This document shows, one piece after another, positions 26,701 through 39,400 of a stretch of 64,000 nt of DNA. This stretch comes from Epiperipatus broadwayi (taxonomy: Eukaryota > Animalia > Onychophora), in contig JAQFVV010000001.1 of assembly GCA_028023455.1 (NCBI GenBank), forward strand, positions 6,820,001-6,884,000, written 5' to 3'. The position numbers and the translations under genes are program-made. The notes under the pieces were generated by a model. The model had not been told where the DNA came from. It searched no databases and worked only from the letters and a program-made list of their open reading frames with translations. The stretch's first letter is position 1. The number at the start of each line of letters is the position of its first letter.

Positions 26701-28994
26701 AGTGACAAATGACAAAACAATATTTATCAATAAAAAGTAAATCGAGGGAAGGGGCATTTAAGAAGTTTACTACTGTAAATAAATTGACAGAAAGTTATGG
26801 TATGCCCAAGGGGTAAATGTCAAACTAAAAAAAAACTACTTTGGTAGCAACAAACATAGATGGAAACCAATAAAGCAACAAGATTTTATTATGAGTAATG
26901 TATATATAATTCTTCGAAAAACAATACAATAATTAATACAGTAAATAATATTTTAAAAACAAATATCTACTGTAATTTATATATAATAAAGTTGTATGTA
27001 TGTGTATGGACAAGTGTTAGTGCACTCCAGAAACATTGATATGCAGAAAAGAGAATTAAGCAACAACTAATTTTGCATATGGTCTGATTTTATTGACACG
27101 CAAATTAACCTGTTGCTTCCTGCAGTAAACTAATTTTCTTTTCTGCATATTATTATTTCTGGAGTGCATTAGATTAACACTATCTATACTGACTGGTCTG
27201 TACACATATACAACTTTATTAATAAAGATATATATACACATCACCATTCAGTATACAACAACATCATCATATATAATTAATTTCCTTAACTAAACCCAAA
27301 ACTGTTAATATACTTTTAACATCTTTGTATTTATATGGGCATTAAATGAGTAAGAAATGAACTTTTTATGTAGGATAGGACTAAAGCACATTTAAAATTG
27401 ACAGCATTTGCATCTAGACTTTTTTATTTCATCCTTATTTAAAAACTTAATGATATACTTTTCCTATGTAGAACCTAGGTATATTAATGCAAATGGTGCA
27501 AGATTTTACATGACTGCACTTAATGTTATATTCATTATATTGACAGAGATATGCAGATTGATGCAATTAAAACAATCCTTTGTAAAGTAGAAAGGCTGCA
27601 ACTTTTTATGAGATCTTTGGACTTTTAAAATATGGTGGAGGTGTATTAGTTTTGAAGTCATCATATTTTTTTTAGAAAATATATAAATCCTTGAAGTTGT
27701 GTCACATGATCATAAAAATATATTTATAAACAAAAACAAAAATGTTATAAAAATATTGCAATAAATTAGTTATGATAAAAGTGCTTTCAAAAATTTAATA
27801 ACCACTCATTGATGAATAATTACTACAGATGAATATCAACAAGCATAGTATAGTTTTGGAAAATCAATGGTCATGATATTGTTTTACTTTTAATCAGGAA
27901 AATGAAAAAAAAACATGAACAAAGATAAGACAATGTTTGAAAATATTTGATTATCTATATAAGTTTATTTGCCAGATACAATTGCCACATCTTAAGATAA
28001 GAGAAAAAAACATTATTAAAGATGATGAAAAATACAAGCATTTGAAACTATAAGAACTTGTACTGAAATGGAGAAAATATGTTTTATATATTTTATTGAA
28101 TTTTATAAAGCATTGTGCAATGTGTATAAACTATCATGGTTTTATGGGCTGAAACGCATTACTGCCTTATTTCAGTCATTTCCTTCTCAACAAATTCAAC
28201 CAAAATATTATCTCAAATCTTTCATAATTTCTATTACTGTCTTTTCACTATTACTTCATTTTAAACCATTATTTCAATAATTTATCCTCCTTTACACAAT
28301 AAAATCCTTTTATTGATTTCTATATAAAAATTATTTTCTAGCCAAAAAATCTAATCAAGAATATTGATTACATATTATTTTGTATTGTGTAGTTTATTAT
28401 AGTTCATATAATAAATCAAGATTTATAAAGAAGTTTGTATGTGGTTTGTTTTATATATATATATATATAGCACCATATACATATGATACAAGAGTGTTGA
28501 CATTTGGTAATATTTAAAAGCTAAAAAATAAAAATTTAGAAATAGTTCAATAAATACTATTTAGTTTTTTTTTTGTTGGTGTAATTTATTTTTACAAATA
28601 TATCATGAAAGTTATTTATGTGTTGGTATTATCTATTTAATTGAAATAGGGTTAAATTGGAAGAAATAAATGTGGATACTATCAGACTAATATCCTTTTA
28701 ATGATAATTAAATATGGCACTGAAGGAATTTATAGAAAAAGAACTTTGTAGTTAGAAAGCAAAAAGCAATGTACAAGATTATCAACTTGGTTCAATAAGA
28801 AAACAAAAGATGAAAATATATGCACAGAAATCTCAAAACTAGACATGATATACAAGAAGGGGACAACTTTGGAGCTTGGTATTTGGCTAGTGGTTTTCTT
28901 AGGTCCTAAATGGAATGTGAAAACAGGAAGGGCTCAGTTCAGTTTTCTTGTCTTGGCAACCACAATAAAATTCCATCCAGGACTATTCATATGC

Positions 28995-29340
28995 TACATC
29001 AATTCATCATGTGTGAAGAAAAAAACAGAGCATTTTCTGACACTTTCTTCTCATAAAAAGGTCACCTAAAAGCTTCAAGTCTAGCCTTACCTTACAACAG
29101 ACCAGAAATGTGAAAATGTAACCAGAATGAAACTAAAGTTAACTATGACAGAGCCCTAAGTAAACAGATCATGCATGGTACAATAATCAATGATCTATGT
29201 AAACCTGTGGAACTTACCAGTAAGATATTAGTCATATAATAACTTGCACCTGATTAAATATGTGCACAAACTAAACCTTAACTATAAGCTTACCATATCA
29301 CTAAAGAGATACTTGTTTTTCCAATTCTTCAATTGACTAT
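28995..29340 (+). pseudogene. Possible Gypsy integrase remnant
   Basis: *KCNQNETK...IINDLCKPV...ILVI resembles CxxCQxxK...IDLxGP...YILVxxD; heavily decayed. Confidence 0.35.
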
Positions 29341-29902
29341 CTCATTGATTGTTTTTTAGAGGAAACATAAGAAGAAAATTGTAATATGAACTGTTTAATT
29401 ACGTGATTAACATTATCTGAATGTGTGTGTGTATTCTTTCCATTTTGTTAAAACTTCACAATTATCATATAATATTTTAGTTTGTTTTAATAATGTCTTA
29501 TTAATATAACCCTTTCATTGTACATTCTTAATTTTAGTTTTTTAGATGTTAAAAAAATGTTTTGAGAAATATATAAATTACCTATGCCAGTGTGCTCATT
29601 TAATGTTCAAACCCAGAGGAAACTAATATAAAAGATTAAGTGACAAGAAAGCAAAATCTCGATATTACATTTAAGTGCTTGTAATGCAATGCAATGTGAA
29701 TCAGTGGGTTACAGACCTTGGTACCTTCTTAAACAAATAAAAAACTAATTTTGTTGCAATTAAAATCAGAACAAAATATTATGTCAGTTAATTAGGAAAT
29801 ATAGGTATTTGAACTCAGACTTTCAAGCAACCTTCAACTATCCACACTATCTCATATTACTGATACACATGACCACATATATGTAGAAAAGATAAATAAT
29901 CA

Positions 29903-29944
29903 CCAATATATTTATTTCATGCTGAACTAGCACTCATCAGTTGG
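29903..29944 (-). ncRNA. Minimal type I hammerhead ribozyme, family A (core intact)
   Basis: Minus strand: CCAA CTGATGA GTGCT agttc AGCAT GAAA TAAATA TA/ TTGG; stem I CCAA/TTGG, 5-bp stem II with a G.U first pair, AUA triplet. Confidence 0.7.
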
Positions 29945-30063
29945 TTCACATTATCATCTCCCACACATATATATAATCAGTGCTCAGCACTGATTATATA
30001 TATGTGTGTGTGTGCCAACTGAACACTGATTATATATATGTGTGTGGGAGATGATAATCTGGA

Positions 30064-30105
30064 TCAACTGATGAGTACTGGTTTAGCACAAAATACATAT
30101 ATTGG
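30064..30105 (+). ncRNA. Hammerhead, family A, probably inactive (GAAA to AAAA)
   Basis: TCAA CTGATGA GTACTggttTAGCAC AAAA TACATA TA TTGG. Confidence 0.55.
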
Positions 30106-32742
30106 TGATTATTTATCTTTTCTACATATGTGTGATCATGTGTATCAGTAGTATGAGATAATGTGATAGTTGAAGTTTGCTTGAAAGTCTGAGTTCAAAT
30201 CACCAATATTTACAATTAAGTTCCAGGTATAATAATGTCTTATTTCAAATCTTACTTAGGAAATATAATTGTGTTTTAGAAATATCCGAATTCACACATG
30301 AATGGAATAAATCTTACATAGTTCGATTAACTAATGCATTATTCTATGTAATGTACACATCTAATCTACCTGTAAAGAGTACAATGATATCTAATGTGGG
30401 ATCTTAGGGCACAGAGCCAGAGAATAAATAAAAGAGTTTTACATGAAAAAAAAACTTTAAACAGAATTATATAATTATATATATATATTGTACCAGTCAT
30501 TTTTTTATTTCTTTTGATCATCAAGGATGCCACTAGGTCACTAACAAATAGTCAAATAAAGAATGGAAATTTGACCTAAATTCTCTCATCAGATAATGTA
30601 TGAGAGTATTGCAACACTAAACACTCTGGCAGATAAGTTCATTTTCTCACCTAAGAGTTAAAAGGAATTTATAATGTCTTCCTGCTAGTGATTTATATAA
30701 ACTAATTCCAGTTTCCTTATTTAGAGATTTCAAAACAATGCGGCCTTGTATGGAATACAAAGAAACAGTGCAGGCGAGCTTTCCTTAGCCTGGAAAAGGA
30801 ACATCAGCACTAAAAATGTCAAATGTCTGCAAACACCCAATAATGACCATGTTCAAGATCATCAAGATTGATTCCAATACAAGAAAAAAAATACAGTGTT
30901 ACATAATCTGAAACATAGGAAAACCAAAATCTCTACTGACCAAGAAAACATCAATATACTCAATAAACCACTAGCCAAAAGATTTTCAGTCTACAGGAAA
31001 CACAAATCAAAATTGACTAAATTAATTAAAATGACAGAATAAAGGACAGGTGAGTTAAAAGAAAATTACAAATATCTGCCAAAGCATTTATCACGGGTTA
31101 GTAATATAAAAGAGAAAAACACTAAGCATATAAAATAGAAACTTGCAATACACTCCTGGATAAATAAATTTAAAAGTATGAAATCTTAAAACTAAGACTC
31201 CATTACATACAATAAAAAGAAAAATACATAATAAAATAGTGAGATTTATATGTCTTATTATAGGTGAAAGTTTATTTTTAGATTAAGCTGAGACTTTAAC
31301 ATAGAGATTTAAGCACTGGTTTCAATATATGAAAGTTCCATTACCTTTCAAGATTTAGATCATCTATAGAATTATTCCAGTGAGATCTGCAAGGTTCTTT
31401 CTAACTCTAGTACATCATGATGGTATTTGGTCTCCAGTAATCTGACTGTAGCATTCGGGGCAATTTTTAGGATGTGTTCAAACTAGACACTTAGGTTATA
31501 TTCTTGAAAGCACAATTATGGAGCTCTGATGTTCATCTTTGGGTTATTAAGCACTGCATATTGTGAAGATTTCTCATGGCATATATTTTTGGCATGGCAA
31601 CTGGATGGTCGCTACTATCATGGCAAATAGTAGTATTATTAGCAGTCTGCAAAAATACAACTTCAGAGATCCACATTGAGCAATTATTAAATATGAAAAT
31701 TAGAATCACTCCAAATAAGAAATGCAACAAGAAGCCGAATAATAAGGAGAAGCAGAATACTCATAACAAATAGAATAATAATCAGTAAAAAACCTAGGGC
31801 TATTTATGTGAATTGTTATCTCCTGCCTAATCTTTAATTAAAAGTTTTGACCAGGGTAAATCTCTATCTCCCGCTTAATCTTAATTTTAAAAAAAACAAA
31901 ATCTGAGAAGTACTCTTATCTATTTCAAAATTAATTTAAAAAAATAAGACTTAGCTTTTAAAAATAAATTGTCATCAAAAATAAAAAGAACTCAATCGCA
32001 ATCAAAACTTTTTGAAATTAAAATGCTTTTACAAATAAATTAAACCTTTGCTTGCTTTTAATTACTATGAGAAAATAAACAAGCATCAAAAGAAAATTGT
32101 TTTAAATTCAAATCTATTGAAAATGTAAAATCACAGAATTTTAAAAGATAAACGATACAGTTTTTTTTACAAAAAAAACTTTATAAATATAAATGATAGT
32201 TTTAATTTCATGATGGTTGCCTTTGAAGTGAATATATATATAAAATATGTCTATAGAAAAGAAAATGAATGTGGCTGATGTAGACTATAAGCCTGTAGTG
32301 GTTTGAGTGGCACATGCCTAGATTGGGGAAATTAAGAGTTCCGTCCCCATACATATCATTGGCTATATTGAACCCATATTTAATTGCCTGCCAGTCTTTT
32401 TGTAATAGGTTTACTAAATTGGGAGACAGACCAAGTCCCTTGTGAGCAAATAAATCAAAGTATAAGCAATGCTTCAAAGTAGGTAGGTTCAGATTTTTCA
32501 TTATGTTTATTCTTGCAGGTGTTATAGGTGTATGGAGGGAGTGGAAACAGTCCCTTTCATAAGTGCCATTGTAAACTCTAGAATAGGTGCTCGATAACCC
32601 TGTACTATGAGTGGGTGATCTACAGAAATATATCAGTGCTACTAATACATAAAAAAAACAAAGAATATAGAGTTAAAACTTATTGAGAATAAAATAAGTT
32701 CAAATCCCCTATTTTCTCATTCCCTGAGCCTGGAGGTTTATA

Positions 32743-32744
<2 letters not shown>

Positions 32745-32822
<78 letters not shown>
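32745..32822. repeat. (AT)39 microsatellite
   Basis: Read directly; followed at once by TGTAACCT. Confidence 0.97.
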
Positions 32823-32825
<3 letters not shown>

Positions 32826-35800
32826 AACCTAGTGTTATTGACACTTGGTTTATTTGGCATTGTTTCCACAGGAAAACAATGCTATCCTTTTTTAGAAAAT
32901 AAAAAGATAAAATAATAATAATATTAAGTGATTAATAAAGTATGCTATTTACTCACTGTAACGTGTTTTAAGCAAATAACTAAAAAATTTGGTAATCCAA
33001 GGTCATTTTGAAGAAGAGCATGAATAATTTAATTAAAATATTAACAATAAGAGCAATTTAATATAGTATAAAAGCACATATTATAAACAGTAATTGATTT
33101 TGGATGGGTGGAGGGGGAGAGTAGATGAGTATCTTATCATAAAGCACAATCACTTCTGGTAGTTTTGAAATTATTTTAGATAATAATGTAGACAGAATTA
33201 TACATCACTAATAAACATTGTTAATTAAGTATATTTATTATTTTTCATTATTTGTCAAATTACTCTGTAATCCATTTAAATCATACGGAAATATATAACT
33301 GTAATAAGTTTTTTTTTTCCTTTTCTTTTGTTTATGTTATAATTAAATGATTATTTTTCTGTAAGAGGTCGCTAAAAGAAGACCGCCAAATTTTGAAGAA
33401 AGTTTAGTCTGACATTAGTTTTACAAGGAGGAAGCAGTACTGAAATTCGGTAACAAATTTTTTATTATTTTTTATTGCAGAAATAAATATAAGTCAAGTA
33501 AATTTTTAATAATATCATGCGTGGCTAATCCTATTTGATAAGATATTCTGTTTTCTATGGCCATCTACCTATTTTAAAGCTTTTTATACGCAAAAATATA
33601 CTATCTTATGCTAAAGTTCAAAATGACCGTATTGACTACAGCAATCACGGAAAGTGTCATTATATTTAAAATAAGTAATATAAGTAATTTCCAGGAAATA
33701 ATCAATGATTTGTTAACTTTACCTCATTTAATTATCTTTTCGTGGTATAAAAGAAAATTTATAATTAAAAGAAATATTATAAAAGCCAAAGAAAGTTGAC
33801 GAGAAACATTTCGCGCTCTTTCTAAAAGAAATTGTCTGCGTTTGAAAATAATGTAAGTTCCCCACGTTAAAATATGTTTTATTCACTGAAAATTATCTAA
33901 AAATAATATTAATGATCAATGATATTTACTTATGCACCTGTATATTTTTTAAAAAGAAAATATAAATTTTCTCAAGGCAAATATCGGAAAATTTGTATGT
34001 GCATTTTACGGAGAATTCCTTATTAAAGACAAATTACAATTCCTAGAGTAGGAATAAAAGCTACAAACATTAGTGATTTAATTATAACCATAAAATAATA
34101 TGTCATATTATACATCAATTGGAGTCGTTAAAACTTCATATCCACGTAAGTCAGCTGCAGTCCTTATAATAATAGTATTTTGGAAAATTCGCGCATTATT
34201 TTATTCATAAGCCAGCTAGCTAAAAATGATACGTATCGCCAATAGTAAAAAGAAAAGAATTGTATATGTGATCGTCTATCGTCAAATATTCGTCATGTTA
34301 AAATATGTATTGTTTTCTTGGATCCCAAAATTATATCAGTTAATTCAAGGAAGAGTTAACATCCAACGCTGCTATGTTTTCTTTGCCTAATTTATTAATT
34401 GCACCAGAATGGAGGCAACTTTTATATAAATGAAATAATAAAATGTGTTTCTTATTTTAAATTTGCTTCGTGAACTACGAATGGATCAAGTTCTTCATCT
34501 AGATAAATTGCCCAACGGAAAAACATTTTTTTTTAGTGAGATAATAAGCACTTGTTAAGTAATGATTTTTTTTTTACTAATTTGTAAAATTATGTGTATT
34601 TTTTTTTTATCAACAGGTTAAAGGCTGTATAGTCAAGTAATATTTAAATGACCTTGTAATCATAAAGGTATGTTTTCATATAATTATTCTAGGTTGAATT
34701 TATATTCGACATAAAAAAAATTTTTTTTTTTACAAAATGTGTTTACTTATGATATGCAATTATGGGTATAAATTTATATGTTATATGCGTAAAAGAAGAA
34801 AAATTTAGATACTTAATAGGTAAAATATCTAGTTAAAATTATCAGAAGTAATTAAAGATAAGTGCTATACAGGGTATTACTTATTTAAAGTTTGAAACAA
34901 ATTTATACTATGTTAATTGAGGAACTTATTCCCAATTATTCTTTATTAACGCATTCACTTAATTTAGTTCAAGATACTATACTACCAATTACTTGTTGAA
35001 TGTTTCTTTGGCAAAGGTGAAAATTATTATTGTTTATTCTGTGATATCCATTGATTTCAGACGTTGATCTAAGTATACCCCGGAACATAAATTTAGTGTA
35101 ATTAGTGTATTTGCTTGTCTTGCCCCGATATAGCATCAGTATATGATTAATATTCGCATAAGTAATAATTGTAATGTATCTATTTTGTGGGATGGAAAAT
35201 GATCTCCCCAAAAGCTTTATTTTCCATGAGGGGAATAGATAAATTTAGTATTCGGGTATGTTTATAACCCAAGTGATCGCTTCTCAGAGTTAGGACGATC
35301 AGTAATTTATATCGTATTTAGTGTATTTCATTCGTTAAAATCCCAGGAGAGGATTATATTTGGTGTGTGTTCCTATTATGCCCAAGTAAGAGGCAAGGAC
35401 CCACCAAACTATTTTAATATAGTAGTTAACTCTACAGACCTTCGGTGTTATTCCATATTCCTCATGAGAAAATAGAGATAATTCCACCACGGAAGGTGTT
35501 GAATATTGTGTTTTGTTTAGAAAGTTATGGCAAGATAACGGGTATATTGGAGGTTAATTCCTCAAGATCCATTTAGTAAAAATAGCGTGTTAGTATATAT
35601 GATCAATGTCTGGATTGTGCGGCGGAATAGTGCTGGTAATCCACACGTAAGTCAATGGAGAGAGTAAGTTTAAAAATTGCGTGATTTAGAAATTTTTATT
35701 TGCCAATGGAGGGTTCAAATACTAGGTTTAATTCGGGTTAATTATTAAGTAGCACTCACAATATAACTTATACTGAGAAAAACAGTGTGTATAACAACTT

Positions 35801-38020
35801 CAGTTGTTATTAAGGTAAATATTAAAAATAATAAGTGTAACTTCTGATAAATAACCCATAAATTATAATAAGTTATCTAAATAAAAACTATCATTTAATT
35901 AAAAATATGATAATAAAAATCGTTTGTACGCATTGCCTAGAATCAGATTATTTTTATTTTAAAACAAATAGTTAGTTAATAAAGTTAAGCAGCCGTTCAT
36001 ATAAGATACACTAAACGGATGAGTTAATGTATCGATAATAATATTTATTTTGTTATATTCAATTTGCATAAATGTAAAAAGAAGATGAAGAAGTAGTTCG
36101 AATCCAGGTCTAAAAGTATAGACGAATTACTGTTAGTTATATTTTGTTTTATCCATATGGGATCGAATAAATTGTATATGTTTGTTTATTATGTTAATCA
36201 TAAAGGATAGTTTTGTTAAACTGTAATAATAAATTATAATCTTGTTCAAATTTAATAATAAATTATAGTCTTGTTACAAGTTGTTTTGAGTCATTTTTCT
36301 TATGTGCTAAATAAAAGTGTATTGGCATAATACTTGCAATACTTTCTTGAGTCCAAAATCATTTATGAAATCTTAAATTCAATACACCAGATAGACAATT
36401 GTAAGCAGATCAGAATATTTCAGTATAGTTTAATTTAATAAGAATTATTTATGGAATTGAAAACTTCAGACCAAGACATTTTATTTTATGTGTGTGTAAA
36501 ATCACTTTATTCCCAAACTAGTAGGTTTTGGTTGCACATTGTTCCATACACATTTAAGTGAAGTGTCTAAGTAATAAATCTTAGTTAAATTATTGTGTTG
36601 TCATGGATGATGGAAGGACACAAAAGCACCCTTGTCTTTTCATCATTCCGACTGAGATTCTGGATTAAAAAGGGCTGTATTATTCAAAATTATGCGTTGT
36701 TATTGAATATGGTTATCATCTCGTTAAATATTATAATAGTTGATATGTGGATGAAGACACCTGGAATTTAAATAAGGTAAATGTTTCCTATAGCCGACCA
36801 GAATGTCAGTCATATGCGACAACACAATACTGCCGAGCATTTTATTAAATATAACAGAGAACCCTGAGATTAGTGTCATTATTATAAGTGCTCTTAAATT
36901 AAGAATTGATTCATTATGATCAATATTACAAGCGTGGCATGGCTTAAGAGATTGAAACTTATAATTGTATAATAACAAAAATATTGAGATCATATTGGCA
37001 AATTAATGAATGTTTTGTTTTAGTCAGTAATATTAACAATGACATGAAATCATCATCATCATTGTCGAACAGTGCAAGTACTTACAGCTCAGAGAATGTG
37101 TTTTGGATAGAGAAAGAATGTTAGTTATTCTAAATTTTCCTTTTAAATTTATTTTATTAATGATAATTTTTTTTTTATTCTATCTCTGTCTGAACTGCAT
37201 ATCGCTGTAGCTGAATTATTATAACTAACCAAACGTCGAGCTATATTAGGTAAAATAGGGTTTATTACCCGTGCTATACGGAAGCGTTTACGAATCATAT
37301 ACGGAAGCGTTTATTTATTTCCGAATTCTCTTTAATAGAATTGGGCTTCCGAATTCTCTTTCATAATAAAAGAAGTCTCGGTTTCTTAGGTTAGAATATA
37401 TATATGTGTGTGTGTGTTACAAGAGTATTGGCATATTGCAATATTTAAACGTTACATTTTGTTCTTTTCTGATATTACTAAAGAATGTATAACCTATATG
37501 TGCTTAAGATTATGAATATTTTATTGTAGTATTTTTATCGAATTGAAACATTTCCATGTTCAGTAACAGACCTGATCTTCATTTATTATTGAAAATTGAT
37601 TTCATATGGACGAAGAAAGTAAAATGAAAAAATATTAAATCTACAAAAGATTTTTATAGCTGCTGATTACTTTTGAACATTTAATTATTTTTAATTTTTA
37701 TTTCAAAATATGTTTACATAATTACATCATTTTAATAGTTCTATTTTAAATGACCACCAATGAGTGCAAGTCCATGAAAAAGCATATATATACAGTATAT
37801 ACACACACAAACATATATTTTAATAATGTAAAGACTCTAAATTAAAGTTTGTGATTAAAACCTAAATATTAATAGTTGAATAAATTGTTATTAAGTGTGG
37901 TATAAAATAAGCCATCTACCAGTATCCTAATGTTTTATACCTGCTTTAGAATAAGCGATTTAACATGCACATATATGCATTTAAGCCATTTATATATGTG
38001 TTTAAATGTTTCTTTTACAG

Positions 38021-38202
38021 GATGTTTCTGGATATATCTTCCTACTGTTCTTTATGATACGGATAAACAATGTGAAGAAACAGTTTATTCATTTGCTTTT
38101 TGGTTCAATATTGGAATAGCAGTAATTTATTTATTAAATTTTTTTGCTTTTTGTCGTGTCATCAAATTTAAGTACAGAAGAAGTACAGAAATTATAAAAT
38201 AA
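38021..38202 (+). CDS. TMEM272: Terminal coding exon of TMEM272-like gene (GCFWIYLP...QCEETVYSFAFW...EIIK*)
   Basis: tttcttttacAG acceptor; completes WFII-G-CFWIY in frame with 22413; C-x2-TxY-x-FAFW motif; ends at TAA; AATAAA near 38270. Confidence 0.8.
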
Positions 38203-38559
38203 AAGTTTGTTGATACCCCCCTACCCCCATTAAAAAACATATAATTTCATTTATGACTAACTTTTATAATAATAAAAAATAAAATCAAACTTTTGTAACA
38301 ATATTTTACAAATTTATTTTTGTAATTTATTTTTAAATAAATATAAAATATATACCACTTATTACATTTCGCATTGAATCATTTAGCATATTACATATAT
38401 TTTGCAAACAGTTAAACATAGCAGATTCTAGCTTTTTCTGGTATATAGTTAATAAATAATATCATATGACTGATAATAAATGCTTACACCATGACCATAG
38501 CCATACTTCTTCATTGACCATCATAAGTTTTTCCTGTCAGATAAAATCAAACATTTTAA

Positions 38560-39400
38560 AATAGTTATACTACATTATGATATCTGCGAATATTGATGCA
38601 CACCATAATTTAAGATTAGTACATTGGACTGAGTATCTTATTGCATAGATGAATACTTTACATCTTTTATTATTTTTCTAAACTTATTATTAACTATAAT
38701 TCATATATTTGGATTATATTTTCTCTTAACATTCGAATAAGCATCACTGCATTATGAATCTTAAATTGATATTTTTAGACAATGACTGAGATCTAAGCAA
38801 ATACAAAGTAATTCCATGTTCAGAACAATTATATCCTGTTTTCTTTACAACTATAGCACAAATAATAGCTAGGTTCATTTTGGTCAATAAAGCAAAATGC
38901 AAGATTAAATAAAAAATTTAAATGTGTTTGGCAATGGTGAATATGAAATTTTAGGGTTAAATATTTTCAAATTGTAGCAGGAGTGTTTGTTTTTATGTTT
39001 CAATTTTTCAAGTAATCACTAAAGGATATATTAATGATATTATCTATTTACTTGATAATATATCATAGTAATGCATAATTCAAAGAATGAGCACTTGTCA
39101 AGAAATAATCAAGTCACTAAATGTAATGGTGAAGCAATATAATTAAATTCTGACTTTTCTAGAATGGTTGTATACTTTACTGAGCTTCAAACACACTAAA
39201 TAAAGATTTCCAATGAACTAATGACTTATCTTTGTTTTTATAATGAAACTAAGAGGTTATTTCCATTAAATAGATTTTTGCCATACTGTTGACTTACTAT
39301 GTGTTTTGTAGATTTATTTTAGAACCATAATAAGTGAGCAAACCCCCAAGTACAATTTTAATAATGTGGTAATGAAGACAATAAAAAAATTAATTTTGTT
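38560..39400 (+). pseudogene. Possible decayed CMC (CACTA/Mirage-like) transposase
   Basis: IDAHHNLRL resembles DxMHNLxLG and RLFPLNRFL resembles xFPxERx; many stops and frameshifts. Confidence 0.3.

Larger units (their letters stand above)
29804..30255. mobile_element. Family-A hammerhead-bearing inverted-repeat PLE derivative
   Basis: Arms 29804-29982 and 30024-30204 (about 180 bp, inverted), tail 30205-30255, 12-bp direct repeat TTAGGAAATATA at 29792-29803 and 30256-30267. Confidence 0.85.
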
